A DNA stretch of 64,000 nt from Methanocaldococcus indicus (GCF_049554935.1 NZ_CP186926.1:544001-608000), one strand, 5' to 3'. Positions 40,890 through 51,041 are shown, numbered from the stretch's first letter. Program-made: numbers and translations. The notes: a model not told the origin generated them from the letters alone.

Positions 40890-42117
40890 TCTTTTTATGT
40901 CTAAATCCAGAAGATAATAAAGCAGCTCCAACAGCTCCAATCATTTGAGAGTATCTTGGAACTATTATCTCTCTACCTAAAACTTCTTCCATAGCTAAAA
41001 CCAATCCCTTCAATAAACTACTACCCCCAACTAATATAACAGGGTCTCTAACATCAACCTCTTGAAGTTGTTGCTCAAATACTTGCTCTGCAACTGAATG
41101 AGCAGCTGCAGCTGCTACATCTTCTGGTTTAGCTCCCTCTGCTAATGCTGTAACTAAATCCTGAATACCAAAGACAATACAATAACTGTTCATTTTAATT
41201 TTTCTCCAATCTCCTTTTGCTGCTAACTCTCCCAACTCTTGGAGAGATACTCCTAATCTTCTTGCTGTTAGCTCAAAGAATCTACCACTTGCTCCTGCAC
41301 AAATACCTCCCATTGTAAATCCATCTGGAATAGCATCATATAGGGAGATAGCTTTGTTGTCCATTCCACCAATATCTATAACAGTTGCTTCACCCTCTTG
41401 TCTATCTGCTAAATATGCTGCTCCTTTTGAATTAACTGTTAGCTCTTCTTGAATTAAATCTGCTTTAAAGTATCTTCCAACTGTATATCTACCATAACCA
41501 GTAGTCCCAATAGTTTCAACTTCATCTAATGTTATCCCTGCTTCTTTTAAGGCTAAATCAACAGCTTCTTTAGCAGTTCCTATAACATCCTTTGTATATA
41601 ACCAACCAGTTCCAGCAATTTCATCGTCAATCATTACAACAGCTTTTGTAGTTGTTGAACCACTATCAATTCCTAAACTAATTCCTTCTTGTTTCTTTCT
41701 TGCTAACAATGCCTTTCTCTCAACTATTGTAACTAATGCTTCCATTCTTGTTAATAACTCAGATGCCTTAGTTCTTTCTGTAAATGAATACATAACTACT
41801 GGAAGATTGGTATTTTGCTGAATAAGTTTTCTAACTTCATTCCTAACTAATGCTCCTTCTGCACATCTAAAACAAGTAGCAACAAACACAGCCTCAGCAT
41901 CAGTATTGCCTTCAATAATAGACATAGCCCTTGCAAACATTAATTTTAGATTTGCAGAAGCTACTTTAAATCCTAATCTTTCCTCAACTTCTTCAATATA
42001 GTTAAAATCTACTTCAGGAAAAATTAATTCACCACCAACTGATTGAGCAGCTTTTTCTATTTCTTTATAAACTCCACTCCATTCTGCTCCGCATGTTAAT
42101 AGAGCTATTTTTACCAT
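40879..42117 (-). CDS. Methanogenesis marker protein 15 (BadF/BcrAD ASKHA-ATPase activase family)
   Basis: [43 protein letters not shown] and YCIVFG. Confidence 0.92.
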   Translation of the reverse strand: MVKIALLTCGAEWSGVYKEIEKAAQSVGGELIFPEVDFNYIEEVEERLGFKVASANLKLMFARAMSIIEGNTDAEAVFVATCFRCAEGALVRNEVRKLIQQNTNLPVVMYSFTERTKASELLTRMEALVTIVERKALLARKKQEGISLGIDSGSTTTKAVVMIDDEIAGTGWLYTKDVIGTAKEAVDLALKEAGITLDEVETIGTTGYGRYTVGRYFKADLIQEELTVNSKGAAYLADRQEGEATVIDIGGMDNKAISLYDAIPDGFTMGGICAGASGRFFELTARRLGVSLQELGELAAKGDWRKIKMNSYCIVFGIQDLVTALAEGAKPEDVAAAAAHSVAEQVFEQQLQEVDVRDPVILVGGSSLLKGLVLAMEEVLGREIIVPRYSQMIGAVGAALLSSGFRHKKIKS

Positions 42118-42248
42118 GACGAATTCCTCCCTTAAACTTAATATTTTTGACTAATTATAACCTTTAATTTTTTAATAATTTTTATAATAATTTAGTCATA
42201 ATATAATTAGTTAATAGATTAGTTAATAGTTACTATTAGGGATTTATC

Positions 42249-43109
42249 ATGAATTTATTCAAATATTTGAGAGAGAATAAAAGATTTTTGCTACTGTCTT
42301 TTATTTGGTGTATTATATTTATGTTTTCAATTATAAAATTCATTAAATTCAAGATGATTGGCTCATCTTCATGTATCAATTTATATCCTTCACTTACACC
42401 AATGTTAGGATTAGTTTTAGGACCCATATATGGTAGTTTAGTTATTATTATACTATTTATATATTACTGTATTTTTCATCCTAAGGCATTATATTTTGGA
42501 ATTTTTTCAATTGTTCCTCCAATATTGTCTGTTATAGTAGCAAGCTATCTTTCAGAGGGAAAATGGAAAATTCCAGCAATAATTTTTGGAGTAGGATTAT
42601 TAATATTTTATTTTACTGATGTTGGAAAGATTGTGTGGTATCATCCAATATTTTCAATTATTTCATTCTTATTAATACTAACTTTAAAAGATGAAATATC
42701 AAAAAATCTATTTTCTAAAAATACACCTAAATTTTTAGTTTCTGTGTTAGTTTTCTGTTTTATAACAGTTATGACAGACCATCTATATGGCTCTATTTTA
42801 GGGATAATATATTTACATTTACCACCAGATATGTATAAGAAAGCTATCCATGATTATATTTTAGAGAGAACAATTATGACAATTATTGGTTCAATTTTTG
42901 TAATATTTAACATTGAAATAATGAAATTTATAATATCTAATTATGAAGGCTTCAAAAGAGAGATAATTTTAAAATTTGTAGATATTAAAAGTAATGAAAT
43001 AGAGATAGACAAAGAGTTATTAAAGAAATATAATATAAAATTATTAGATAAAGAAGAAAAAGAAAGAATTATAGTAGAGACCTTAAAAATTTTGAGTGGT
43101 AAAAAATGA
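42249..43109 (+). CDS. Membrane protein, ECF S-component-like
   Basis: Multi-TM protein; PMLGLVLGPIYG and DHLYGS...ER patterns seen in archaeal ECF substrate-binding-like proteins. Confidence 0.6.
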   Translation: MNLFKYLRENKRFLLLSFIWCIIFMFSIIKFIKFKMIGSSSCINLYPSLTPMLGLVLGPIYGSLVIIILFIYYCIFHPKALYFGIFSIVPPILSVIVASYLSEGKWKIPAIIFGVGLLIFYFTDVGKIVWYHPIFSIISFLLILTLKDEISKNLFSKNTPKFLVSVLVFCFITVMTDHLYGSILGIIYLHLPPDMYKKAIHDYILERTIMTIIGSIFVIFNIEIMKFIISNYEGFKREIILKFVDIKSNEIEIDKELLKKYNIKLLDKEEKERIIVETLKILSGKK

Positions 43110-43846
43110 TTATAAAAAATAAGAGAGTTAAATTTATTTTTATTTTTTGGACTATTTTTATATTTTTTGTAAGTATTAATTTTTTTATAACTATAAAAAA
43201 TATGTTTCATTTCTATAATACTCCAGGAATTTGTTTGTCTCCTGTTCTAATACTATTTTTAGGATTATTTTATTCAATTTTAGTTTGGATAATTTTAATG
43301 ATATTACATGTATTAATATTTAAACTAAGCATTTTTAAATTATTACCTTCTTTTTTATCTATATTTATATCTGGACTTATATATGAAAATAAAAAAAAAT
43401 ATGTATTATATATTCTAATTTTAGAATTAATAATTAGCTTATTTTTAAAATTAGAGCTATTTCCACTATTTGTTTTAGCAATTATATTAGTTTATAAATT
43501 TGATAACATAAAAATAAATTTATTCAATAAAAATTTAATTAAAAGAGTAATATATATTTTTGTTTTTGTATATCCTGCTATTCTAAGTTTTTATTTGTTT
43601 GAAAATTTTTCAAGTATATTAGAGATATTTGTCTATTCATTGCTATCCTTAGTTTTAATATTTATGATAACTGAGACAATTGTAATCTTTGTTAATAACA
43701 TTGACACCTTAAGAGAAAAGGTTATTAAATATAACAATAAAAATAAAGAAATAAAAATTGATGAAAATTTAGCAGAGAAATATAATGTTAAAGTTCCAAC
43801 TGAAGAAGAAATTTTAAAACAATTTAAAAATTTTAAGAAAAAATGA
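43106..43846 (+). CDS. Membrane protein, divergent tandem paralog of the preceding gene
   Basis: Multi-TM protein; C-terminal EIKIDENLAEKYNVKVPTEEE matches the neighbour's EIEIDKELLKKYNIKLLDKEE. Confidence 0.6.
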   Translation: MIIKNKRVKFIFIFWTIFIFFVSINFFITIKNMFHFYNTPGICLSPVLILFLGLFYSILVWIILMILHVLIFKLSIFKLLPSFLSIFISGLIYENKKKYVLYILILELIISLFLKLELFPLFVLAIILVYKFDNIKINLFNKNLIKRVIYIFVFVYPAILSFYLFENFSSILEIFVYSLLSLVLIFMITETIVIFVNNIDTLREKVIKYNNKNKEIKIDENLAEKYNVKVPTEEEILKQFKNFKKK

Positions 43847-44012
43847 AAAAAATAAAATAACATTTATTAAATTTTATATTTCAATTTATTTCAGATTTTA
43901 TTTTATATGGGCTTAATCTAATATCTAATTTAATTTTATTTATGAGTTATTATTTTATTTAATTTTTCACATTCAATGAACCTATTTAAATTAACATATA
44001 TGAGTGATTTTT

Positions 44013-46475
44013 ATGTCATTAACACCAATGATGAGACAATACTACAAAATTAAAGAGAGGTATAAAGATTGTCTATTATTTTTTAGAGTTGGAGATTTTT
44101 ATGAATTGTTTGATGAAGATGCTAAAATAGCATCTAAGGAATTAGGAATAGTTCTAACATCAAGAGATAAAAAACATCCAATGGCAGGAGTTCCTTATCA
44201 TGCAGTTATCCCTTATATTAGAAGGTTAATTGAGAAAGGTTATAAAGTAGCAATTTGTGAGCAAGTTGAGAATCCATCAACAGCTAAGGGTTTAGTTAAG
44301 AGGGAAGTTGTTAGGGTTATAACTCCTGGGACTTTAATAGAAGAGGAGTTTTTAACAAGAGAAAGTAATTATTTAATGTCAATATATAAAGATAAGAAGT
44401 ATGGAATTTCACTTATTGATATCTCAACTGGTGAGTTTTTAACAACAACAGTAAATACTTTTGATGAGTTAGTTGCTGAGATATTGAAGTTTTCTCCTGT
44501 TGAAGTTATATTACCAAGAGATTTTGATAATATAGATGAGATTAAAAAGTTAGTAGATGTTGTCCATCCATTAGTTGAGAACTATTATAATTTAGATGAA
44601 GCTAAATTTTTAATTGAAGAATTTATAAATAACAATAAAGAGTTGAATTTATCAAAGGAGAGCTTATTATCTGTTGGAGCAGCATTGAAATATATAAGTG
44701 AATCATTGAAAGTTAAGCATCTAAAACTATATCTTCAAACATACATAGCAAAGGAGTATATGCTCTTAGATTCCACTACTCTAAAAAATTTGGAAATATT
44801 TAAAAATTTAGTTGATAACTCTAAAAGAGGTTCTTTATTGGAGGTTTTAGATAAAACTAAAACACCGATGGGTTCAAGATTACTAAAAAAATGGTTACAG
44901 AGACCATTATTAAATGTTGAGCAAATAGAAAGAAGGTTAGAAAGTGTTGAAGAACTATACAACAAATCATTTTTAAGAGAAAATCTAAGAGAAATTTTAA
45001 AGGATATTTATGACATTGAAAGAATTGCAAGTAGAATAGAGTATGAAAGGGCATCTCCAAAGGATTTGGTTGCATTAAAAGATTCCTTAAAATTCATCAA
45101 AGAAATTAAAAAATTTAAATTTAATTCCAAAATGTTGAATAACATTGTTGAAAGTATAGAAAGTTTAGAGGATGTAGAAGAGTTAATAGAGAAAGCTATT
45201 GTAGATGACCCACCTATTAATATAAAAGATGGAGGAATAATAAAAGATAACTTCTCCAAAGAATTGGATGAATTAAGAGAATTAAAAAATAACTTAGAGA
45301 AGATTTTAAAAGATATTGAAGAAAGAGAAAGAGCTAAGACAGGAATAGAAAAATTAAAAATTGGATACAACTCAGTTATTGGATTTTATATAGAAGTGCC
45401 AAAATCTAAAATAAAGTTAGTGCCAAAATACTACAAAAGAAAACAAACATTGGCAAACTCAGAAAGATATAAGATAGATGAGTTAGATGAGTTAGAAGAG
45501 AAGTTATTGGCAAATGATGAAAAAATAAAAAATTTAGAGTATGAACTCTTTATTTATGTTAGAGATAAGGTTAAAGAAAAAGTAGAGGATATTAGAGAAG
45601 TAGCAAAAAAAATAGCTGAATTGGATGTTTTATCTACTTTTGCAGAAGTTTCTGTTCTTTACAACTATACTAAACCAAAGGTGTATAATGGATATACAAT
45701 AAATATTAAAGATGCAAGACATCCAACTGTTGAGCTAAATACTAAATTTGTCCCTAATGATATCATTTTAAAAAAAGATAGTAGGATTATTTTAATAACT
45801 GGCCCAAATATGGCTGGAAAATCAACATATTTAAGAACATCTGCATTAATAACAATTATGGCACAAATTGGATGCTTTGTCCCTGCTAAATCTGCTGTTA
45901 TTGGAGTTGTAGATAGAATATTTACAAGGATTGGGACAGTTGATGACATAACCAGAGGATACAGTAGTTTTATGGTTGAAATTTCAGAAGTAGCTCAAAT
46001 ACTCAAAAATGCTACAAGTAAAAGTTTAATTTTATTGGATGAGGTAGGTAAATCAACAGCCAATAAAGATGGTGTGAGCTTAGCTTGGGGAATTGTTGAG
46101 TATCTCCATAAATTGGGGGCAAAAACTTTATTTGCAACACACTATCATGAACTTTCAGAGTTAGAGGGAATCTTAGAAGGTGTTAAAAATTATCACTTTG
46201 GAATTATTGAAAAAGATGGCTTAATAGAGTTTGATAGAAAAATTAAGAGAGGAGCAAGTACTGAGAGTTATGGTATTAAAATAGCTGAATTAGTTTTACC
46301 AAAAGAAGTGATAGAGAGAGCTTATGAAATCTACAACAAATTAGAGAAATCCTCAGGAGATAATGAAATAGTTAGATATTTAGCACACTTAGATATAAAC
46401 AATTTAACTCCAATCCAGGCATTGGTTGAGTTAGATAAGTTAGTGAAAAAATGCAAGAAACTATTAAGAGAATAG
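44013..46475 (+). CDS. mutS: DNA mismatch repair protein MutS (MutS1)
   Basis: TPMMRQY, mismatch-binding GDFYELF, PMAGVP, TPGT, clamp region QTLANSERY, RHP, Walker A GPNMAGKST, FMVE, Walker B LLDE, ATHYHEL, SYGI and C-terminal NLTPIQAL. Confidence 0.96.
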   Translation: MSLTPMMRQYYKIKERYKDCLLFFRVGDFYELFDEDAKIASKELGIVLTSRDKKHPMAGVPYHAVIPYIRRLIEKGYKVAICEQVENPSTAKGLVKREVVRVITPGTLIEEEFLTRESNYLMSIYKDKKYGISLIDISTGEFLTTTVNTFDELVAEILKFSPVEVILPRDFDNIDEIKKLVDVVHPLVENYYNLDEAKFLIEEFINNNKELNLSKESLLSVGAALKYISESLKVKHLKLYLQTYIAKEYMLLDSTTLKNLEIFKNLVDNSKRGSLLEVLDKTKTPMGSRLLKKWLQRPLLNVEQIERRLESVEELYNKSFLRENLREILKDIYDIERIASRIEYERASPKDLVALKDSLKFIKEIKKFKFNSKMLNNIVESIESLEDVEELIEKAIVDDPPINIKDGGIIKDNFSKELDELRELKNNLEKILKDIEERERAKTGIEKLKIGYNSVIGFYIEVPKSKIKLVPKYYKRKQTLANSERYKIDELDELEEKLLANDEKIKNLEYELFIYVRDKVKEKVEDIREVAKKIAELDVLSTFAEVSVLYNYTKPKVYNGYTINIKDARHPTVELNTKFVPNDIILKKDSRIILITGPNMAGKSTYLRTSALITIMAQIGCFVPAKSAVIGVVDRIFTRIGTVDDITRGYSSFMVEISEVAQILKNATSKSLILLDEVGKSTANKDGVSLAWGIVEYLHKLGAKTLFATHYHELSELEGILEGVKNYHFGIIEKDGLIEFDRKIKRGASTESYGIKIAELVLPKEVIERAYEIYNKLEKSSGDNEIVRYLAHLDINNLTPIQALVELDKLVKKCKKLLRE

Positions 46476-46927
46476 AAAAAATAATTTATGAGTTGGAAGA
46501 AATAAACAAAAATTTAGATAGTAGAGAGATAAGAGATGCAATAGAAAATTTAAAAATCTTTTTATATTCTAAAAAAATAGGTAATGAGAGCTTTTTACAT
46601 AGCTATGTTAGAGATAAATTATTAAAAAAATTTAAAGGAAGTGCATATATAGAAAGTAAAGAACTTAAACTAAATTTAAATTTTAGACCAGATATTGTTT
46701 TTTTAAATAAAGATGAGTTAATAATTGTAGAGATTGAAACAGATAAAAGAAGATGCCTAAAAAAGATGGAAAAAATATTTAAAAATTTAGACAAGGTTTA
46801 TTCTCTTCCAATATCAACAAATAGAAAAGTTAGAATTATTTTTGTAACTGAAAGAGATGAAAAAATTTTAAGAAAAGCTAAATTTTACAACTTTGAGGTT
46901 TTGGATATATATGAGGAAGGAAAATAA
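46451..46927 (+). CDS. Putative PD-(D/E)xK-fold nuclease
   Basis: N-terminal coiled helix, then ESFLH...E...RPDIVF...LIIVEIETDK, the restriction-endonuclease-like core order. Overlaps the mutS 3' end by 25 nt. Confidence 0.65.
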   Translation: MQETIKRIEKIIYELEEINKNLDSREIRDAIENLKIFLYSKKIGNESFLHSYVRDKLLKKFKGSAYIESKELKLNLNFRPDIVFLNKDELIIVEIETDKRRCLKKMEKIFKNLDKVYSLPISTNRKVRIIFVTERDEKILRKAKFYNFEVLDIYEEGK

Positions 46928-47276
46928 AAAAATAAAAAAGATTGCTAAGGAAAGAATTGACATTTTAATGAGTTTAGCTGAGAAAGAGGCAAAAAGAGGA
47001 AACTGGGAGAGAGCTAAAAGATATGTGTATTTAGCAAGAAAAATAGCTATGAAAGTTAGAATAAAAATGCCTAAAAAATGGAAAAGAAGATTTTGCAAAA
47101 AATGTTTAACTTTCTGGATTCCTGGGAAGAATGTAAGAATTAGGATAAAATCTAAGAGGTATCCTCATGTTGTAATAACTTGTTTAGAGTGTGGTAAGAT
47201 TTATAGAATTCCATACATAAGAGAGAAAAAAGAAAAAAGAAATAAAAAGTTGGTAGAAGATAATAATATAGATTAA
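46911..47276 (+). CDS. rnp4: Ribonuclease P protein component 4 (Rpp21)
   Basis: IAKERI, RYVYLARKI, KRRFCKKC and TCLECG. Confidence 0.93.
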   Translation: MRKENKKIKKIAKERIDILMSLAEKEAKRGNWERAKRYVYLARKIAMKVRIKMPKKWKRRFCKKCLTFWIPGKNVRIRIKSKRYPHVVITCLECGKIYRIPYIREKKEKRNKKLVEDNNID

Positions 47277-47332
47277 AGATTAAAGTTATAATAAATAATA
47301 TAAATTAAAGTATAAATTAAAGTTGATGTGTT

Positions 47333-47665
47333 ATGGCATGTATTGATAAATTGAACTATGAAATATTATATAAAGGTGGATTTAAAGATTGTGCAGAATA
47401 TATAAGAAAAAACTTTAAGAATATTGTAGAAAAGAAAGCTGGAGATGAAATAATAGAAGGAATATTTTTGATTGGAATATCTCCAATTCCAGTAGCTTAT
47501 GAAGATAACTATATTATATTTCCATACACAAAACCATGTTATGGAACCTTTGTTCTAAAAATTAATTTAGATGAACTAAATAAAAATATTAAAGAAGAAA
47601 ATAATGAAAATAAAAAAAGAAAAAAAGACAAAAAAAGTTTATTAGATATAATTAAATTTTGGTGA
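47333..47665 (+). CDS. DUF1894-family protein
   Basis: MACID...YEIL...FKDCAEYI...IGISPIP...PYTKPCYGTFV. Confidence 0.75.
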   Translation: MACIDKLNYEILYKGGFKDCAEYIRKNFKNIVEKKAGDEIIEGIFLIGISPIPVAYEDNYIIFPYTKPCYGTFVLKINLDELNKNIKEENNENKKRKKDKKSLLDIIKFW

Positions 47666-47671
47666 TGTATC

Positions 47672-48118
47672 TTGATTTTAGTTATAGTAGGATGTCCAGA
47701 GCCACCTTTGTTAATTCCTTCAACATTATATTTAATTTCCCAATTAAAAAAAGAGAATAAAGAGATAGTAATAGCTGCTAATTTTTCAGCTATTAAACTG
47801 TTAGATATTGCTGATATTGATAAATACTATCTATCCAATGTAGGTGTTGTAAATATAGATAAAGGTCTAAAAATTATAAAAGAGCTAAATATTGATAAAA
47901 TTATAAGTTTTGTAAATAAAGATAGTGAAGTTTCATACACAATAACATATAAAGAATTGTTAAATGTTGATACTTATGCTATTGTATTTGGAAAATCCAT
48001 CAATGAAGATTTTATAAAAACTTTGGAAGAACATAACATTAAAGTATATTCTGCAAGAGCATATCATAATCCTATGCCAATTGTTAATATAATTGATAAA
48101 ATTGTTTTAGAGCTATAA
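47672..48118 (+). CDS. DUF1890-family protein
   Basis: VGCPEPP, AAN, D..KYY and AYHNPMP. Confidence 0.75.
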   Translation: MILVIVGCPEPPLLIPSTLYLISQLKKENKEIVIAANFSAIKLLDIADIDKYYLSNVGVVNIDKGLKIIKELNIDKIISFVNKDSEVSYTITYKELLNVDTYAIVFGKSINEDFIKTLEEHNIKVYSARAYHNPMPIVNIIDKIVLEL

Positions 48119-48120
48119 GT

Positions 48121-49446
48121 ATGAACATTGAAAATATAATTAAAAACATAAAAAATAATGAATATTTGAATAAAGAGCTTCTAACAAAAAATAATAAAAA
48201 TAAAGTATATTATGCTGTTAAACAACCTGATGGCAATTTAAAGGTTGTTATTCCTACTGTTTTCCAAAATAAAAACTTTTTAAAGTTAAAAAAGTACATA
48301 GATGGAATAGAAGGAGCAACACAAAGAGTTATTGAAGAGATAAAAAAAGAGATTATTAGTAAAAAAAGATTTATTAACTTAGCTGGATATTTTAGTAGGA
48401 GATATAGAGAGCTGTATGAACCTCTAACTGTTGTTAATTGTGATTTAAATATAGGCTATAATTTATGGAGAGTTGATAAATACAACTACATTAAGGAAGA
48501 TAAAATTTATCTCCTTTTAAGAATGATTTTTAAAGAAAAGGATGAGAAAGAAATAGCCAAAAAGATAGATTCTCTTTTGTTAGAGTTAAATCAATTCATT
48601 AAGAATATAGATATAAATATTTTAATTGAAGAAGCTAAGAATATCATTAATCAGAAGTATATTAGAGAAAATTTAGACAAATTGGGATTAGTTTGTTTTA
48701 TTGGAAATAACTCAAAACCTGCAAGAAAATATACAGAAGTGAGAAAACATTACAGAATAGCTGGACCTAAGGAAATAAATATTCCCTTTGTATGCCCAGA
48801 AGAATTAAATCCAATTGAAATAACTCCAAAATATGGAAAGGAAATAAAAGGGTTGGGAATAAAAAAGAAGGAAATTTTTATTATAACTGGGAGGAATGCA
48901 CAAGGAAAAACAACACTATTAAATGCTATTTACTCTGGACAAGATGACCATTTAATTGGGGATGGAAGAGAGTTTATAATTACAACAAAATCATTGGCAA
49001 GAGCTACAACTGGAAGTATGGAGATGACTGGACAAGATATTTCTTTATTTTTTGATAAACTACCTCCTGGTGTTAGAGGAACTCCAAAGTCAGTTTATGG
49101 AACAGCTTCTGGCTCTATGTATATGGCTTATCAAATACAGAGAGCTATAAAAAACAAAACAAAATTAATATTGATTGATGAAGATAACTCAGCTGTTAAT
49201 TTGTTGGTTTCAGGAGTTTTAAGTAAGTGGTTTGAAGGTGTAAGGAGTTTATCTGATATAATTATGGAAAATAGAGAGCTATTAGGAGAAAGTGCTTTTA
49301 TTATAGTTACAAGCTCTTTAGATTTCTTAACAGCTTTAGGAGATAGAGCAATATATCTTCAAGAGCATAAACCTTATTATTTAGATTTAGACAAATTTAA
49401 AAAAGAAGTTAAATCTTATTATTTAAAAAAGATTGAGAGGTTATAA
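48121..49446 (+). CDS. Soluble ABC-class ATPase domain protein (COG3044-like)
   Basis: Walker A ITGRNAQGKTTLL, HLIGDGREF, ASGS signature and Walker B LILIDEDNSA. Confidence 0.75.
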   Translation: MNIENIIKNIKNNEYLNKELLTKNNKNKVYYAVKQPDGNLKVVIPTVFQNKNFLKLKKYIDGIEGATQRVIEEIKKEIISKKRFINLAGYFSRRYRELYEPLTVVNCDLNIGYNLWRVDKYNYIKEDKIYLLLRMIFKEKDEKEIAKKIDSLLLELNQFIKNIDINILIEEAKNIINQKYIRENLDKLGLVCFIGNNSKPARKYTEVRKHYRIAGPKEINIPFVCPEELNPIEITPKYGKEIKGLGIKKKEIFIITGRNAQGKTTLLNAIYSGQDDHLIGDGREFIITTKSLARATTGSMEMTGQDISLFFDKLPPGVRGTPKSVYGTASGSMYMAYQIQRAIKNKTKLILIDEDNSAVNLLVSGVLSKWFEGVRSLSDIIMENRELLGESAFIIVTSSLDFLTALGDRAIYLQEHKPYYLDLDKFKKEVKSYYLKKIERL

Positions 49447-49447
49447 A

Positions 49448-49882
49448 ATGATTACACTTATTGGCAGTAAGTTGGCTAAAACAGGAGAAGAATTTTTATA
49501 TGTTGGAGAATTAGATGAATGTGAAAAATGTAGATTTAAAAAATTATGTCATGGTAATCTTGAAAAAGGTAGGATATATAAGATAGTTTCTGTTAGGTCT
49601 TCAAATCATCCATGTCCAATTTTTGATGAAGGTGTTAAAGTAGTTGAGGTTAAATTAGCAAATTTAACTATTATGGTTGATGCTAAGAAGGCATTGGAAG
49701 GGATGACTTTACATTTTGAGCCTATAAAATGTGACAACTATGAATGCCCATATTATAAATATTGTTCTCCATCTGGAATATATGAAGGAGAAAAATTTGA
49801 AATAATAAAAGTTTTTAATGAAAAAATAAACTGTAAGAATAATAGAACACTGAAAAAAGTATTAATTGAACTTAAATTATAA
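49448..49882 (+). CDS. UPF0179-family protein
   Basis: MITLIG..LA..G.EF.Y.G...C..C.....C..NLE.GR.Y...H.C pattern. Confidence 0.8.
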   Translation: MITLIGSKLAKTGEEFLYVGELDECEKCRFKKLCHGNLEKGRIYKIVSVRSSNHPCPIFDEGVKVVEVKLANLTIMVDAKKALEGMTLHFEPIKCDNYECPYYKYCSPSGIYEGEKFEIIKVFNEKINCKNNRTLKKVLIELKL

Positions 49883-50221
49883 CATTGCCTTAATTTTTTC
49901 AGCTGCTCTTCTAATTATAATTCTTATTAATCCTAAATTAACTTTTTCTTCTGTTAATACCACCAATATTGCTTCTCCAGCATCTACCATAAGTATTTTT
50001 CCATGTTCTCCTTCTATCATTGCTTGGTATAAATTACCCATTCCTACTTCTGATACTGTTCTTTCAGCTGCTCCATAAGCAGCTGATGTCATAGCTCCTA
50101 CTAATTCAGCATCAATATTTCCAGGTAGTTGTGAAGCAATAACTAATCCATCTTTTCCTACTACTAAACTACCATTAATACCTTCTGTTTTATTTACTTC
50201 TATTAGTATTTTTTCTATCAT
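49877..50221 (-). CDS. Roadblock/LC7 domain protein
   Basis: GSLVVGKDGLVIAS, LVGAMTS and NLGLIR. Confidence 0.9.
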   Translation of the reverse strand: MIEKILIEVNKTEGINGSLVVGKDGLVIASQLPGNIDAELVGAMTSAAYGAAERTVSEVGMGNLYQAMIEGEHGKILMVDAGEAILVVLTEEKVNLGLIRIIIRRAAEKIKAML

Positions 50222-50273
50222 TTATTACACCATTAGTATATTTAAATAATATAGACTTTTGTTTTGTAAATTA

Positions 50274-51041
50274 TTAATTTATATCATTTTTTAACTCATT
50301 TATATAATTATCTATTTTCTTGTTAAGATTGTCAATAATGTCAATAGCTCTATCAATATTTCCAGGAGACTGTTGCATAACTAATTCTTTTACTTCTTTA
50401 ATTCCATCATATATTTCTTTTATCATCTTTAAGAAATCAATAACTTTAATTCCTCCAATTTCTACTATTTCTTTGACTTTTTTATAGATAATATCTATAT
50501 GCTCAACAGTAATATCAACTTTTTTATCCAGTATATCTAATTTGTCATTGTACTGTTTAATTGCACTAATAACTTCATCAATTTTATTTATAATCTCTTC
50601 TTTGGCAGAATCATAGACAACTTTAACCTTTTCAACAATTTTATTTATATCTTCTTCAGGAATATGATTATTTTTAGTGATATTTTCTAATTTTTCTAAT
50701 ATTTTATTTAGTAGATTAATCATATCATTGAAATTTTTGTCTGTTTTTCCTAAGGATTCAATTAATTTATCAAGTTTCTCATTCAAATGTTTTAATTCAG
50801 AAATTACACTATCATCTAACTTTATCTGAAATTGTTCTTCTTTTGGATGTAGTGTTTTTTCACCCTCTTGTATGTCTAAAGTTTGTTCATTTTCTTCTTC
50901 TAATTTATTACTATCCAAGTCATTTTCATTATTTTCATTTTCAGTCTCTTCTTTATTTTCTTCTTTATTGTTATATTTTTTGTATAATTTTTGACTTAGT
51001 TCCTCAAGTTTTTTAGCTTTCTCTAATAGTCTTGTAGTCAT
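50274..51041 (-). CDS. Hypothetical coiled-coil protein
   Basis: Acidic E/N-rich linker followed by long heptad repeats. RBS GGGGGT. Confidence 0.7.
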   Translation of the reverse strand: MTTRLLEKAKKLEELSQKLYKKYNNKEENKEETENENNENDLDSNKLEEENEQTLDIQEGEKTLHPKEEQFQIKLDDSVISELKHLNEKLDKLIESLGKTDKNFNDMINLLNKILEKLENITKNNHIPEEDINKIVEKVKVVYDSAKEEIINKIDEVISAIKQYNDKLDILDKKVDITVEHIDIIYKKVKEIVEIGGIKVIDFLKMIKEIYDGIKEVKELVMQQSPGNIDRAIDIIDNLNKKIDNYINELKNDIN

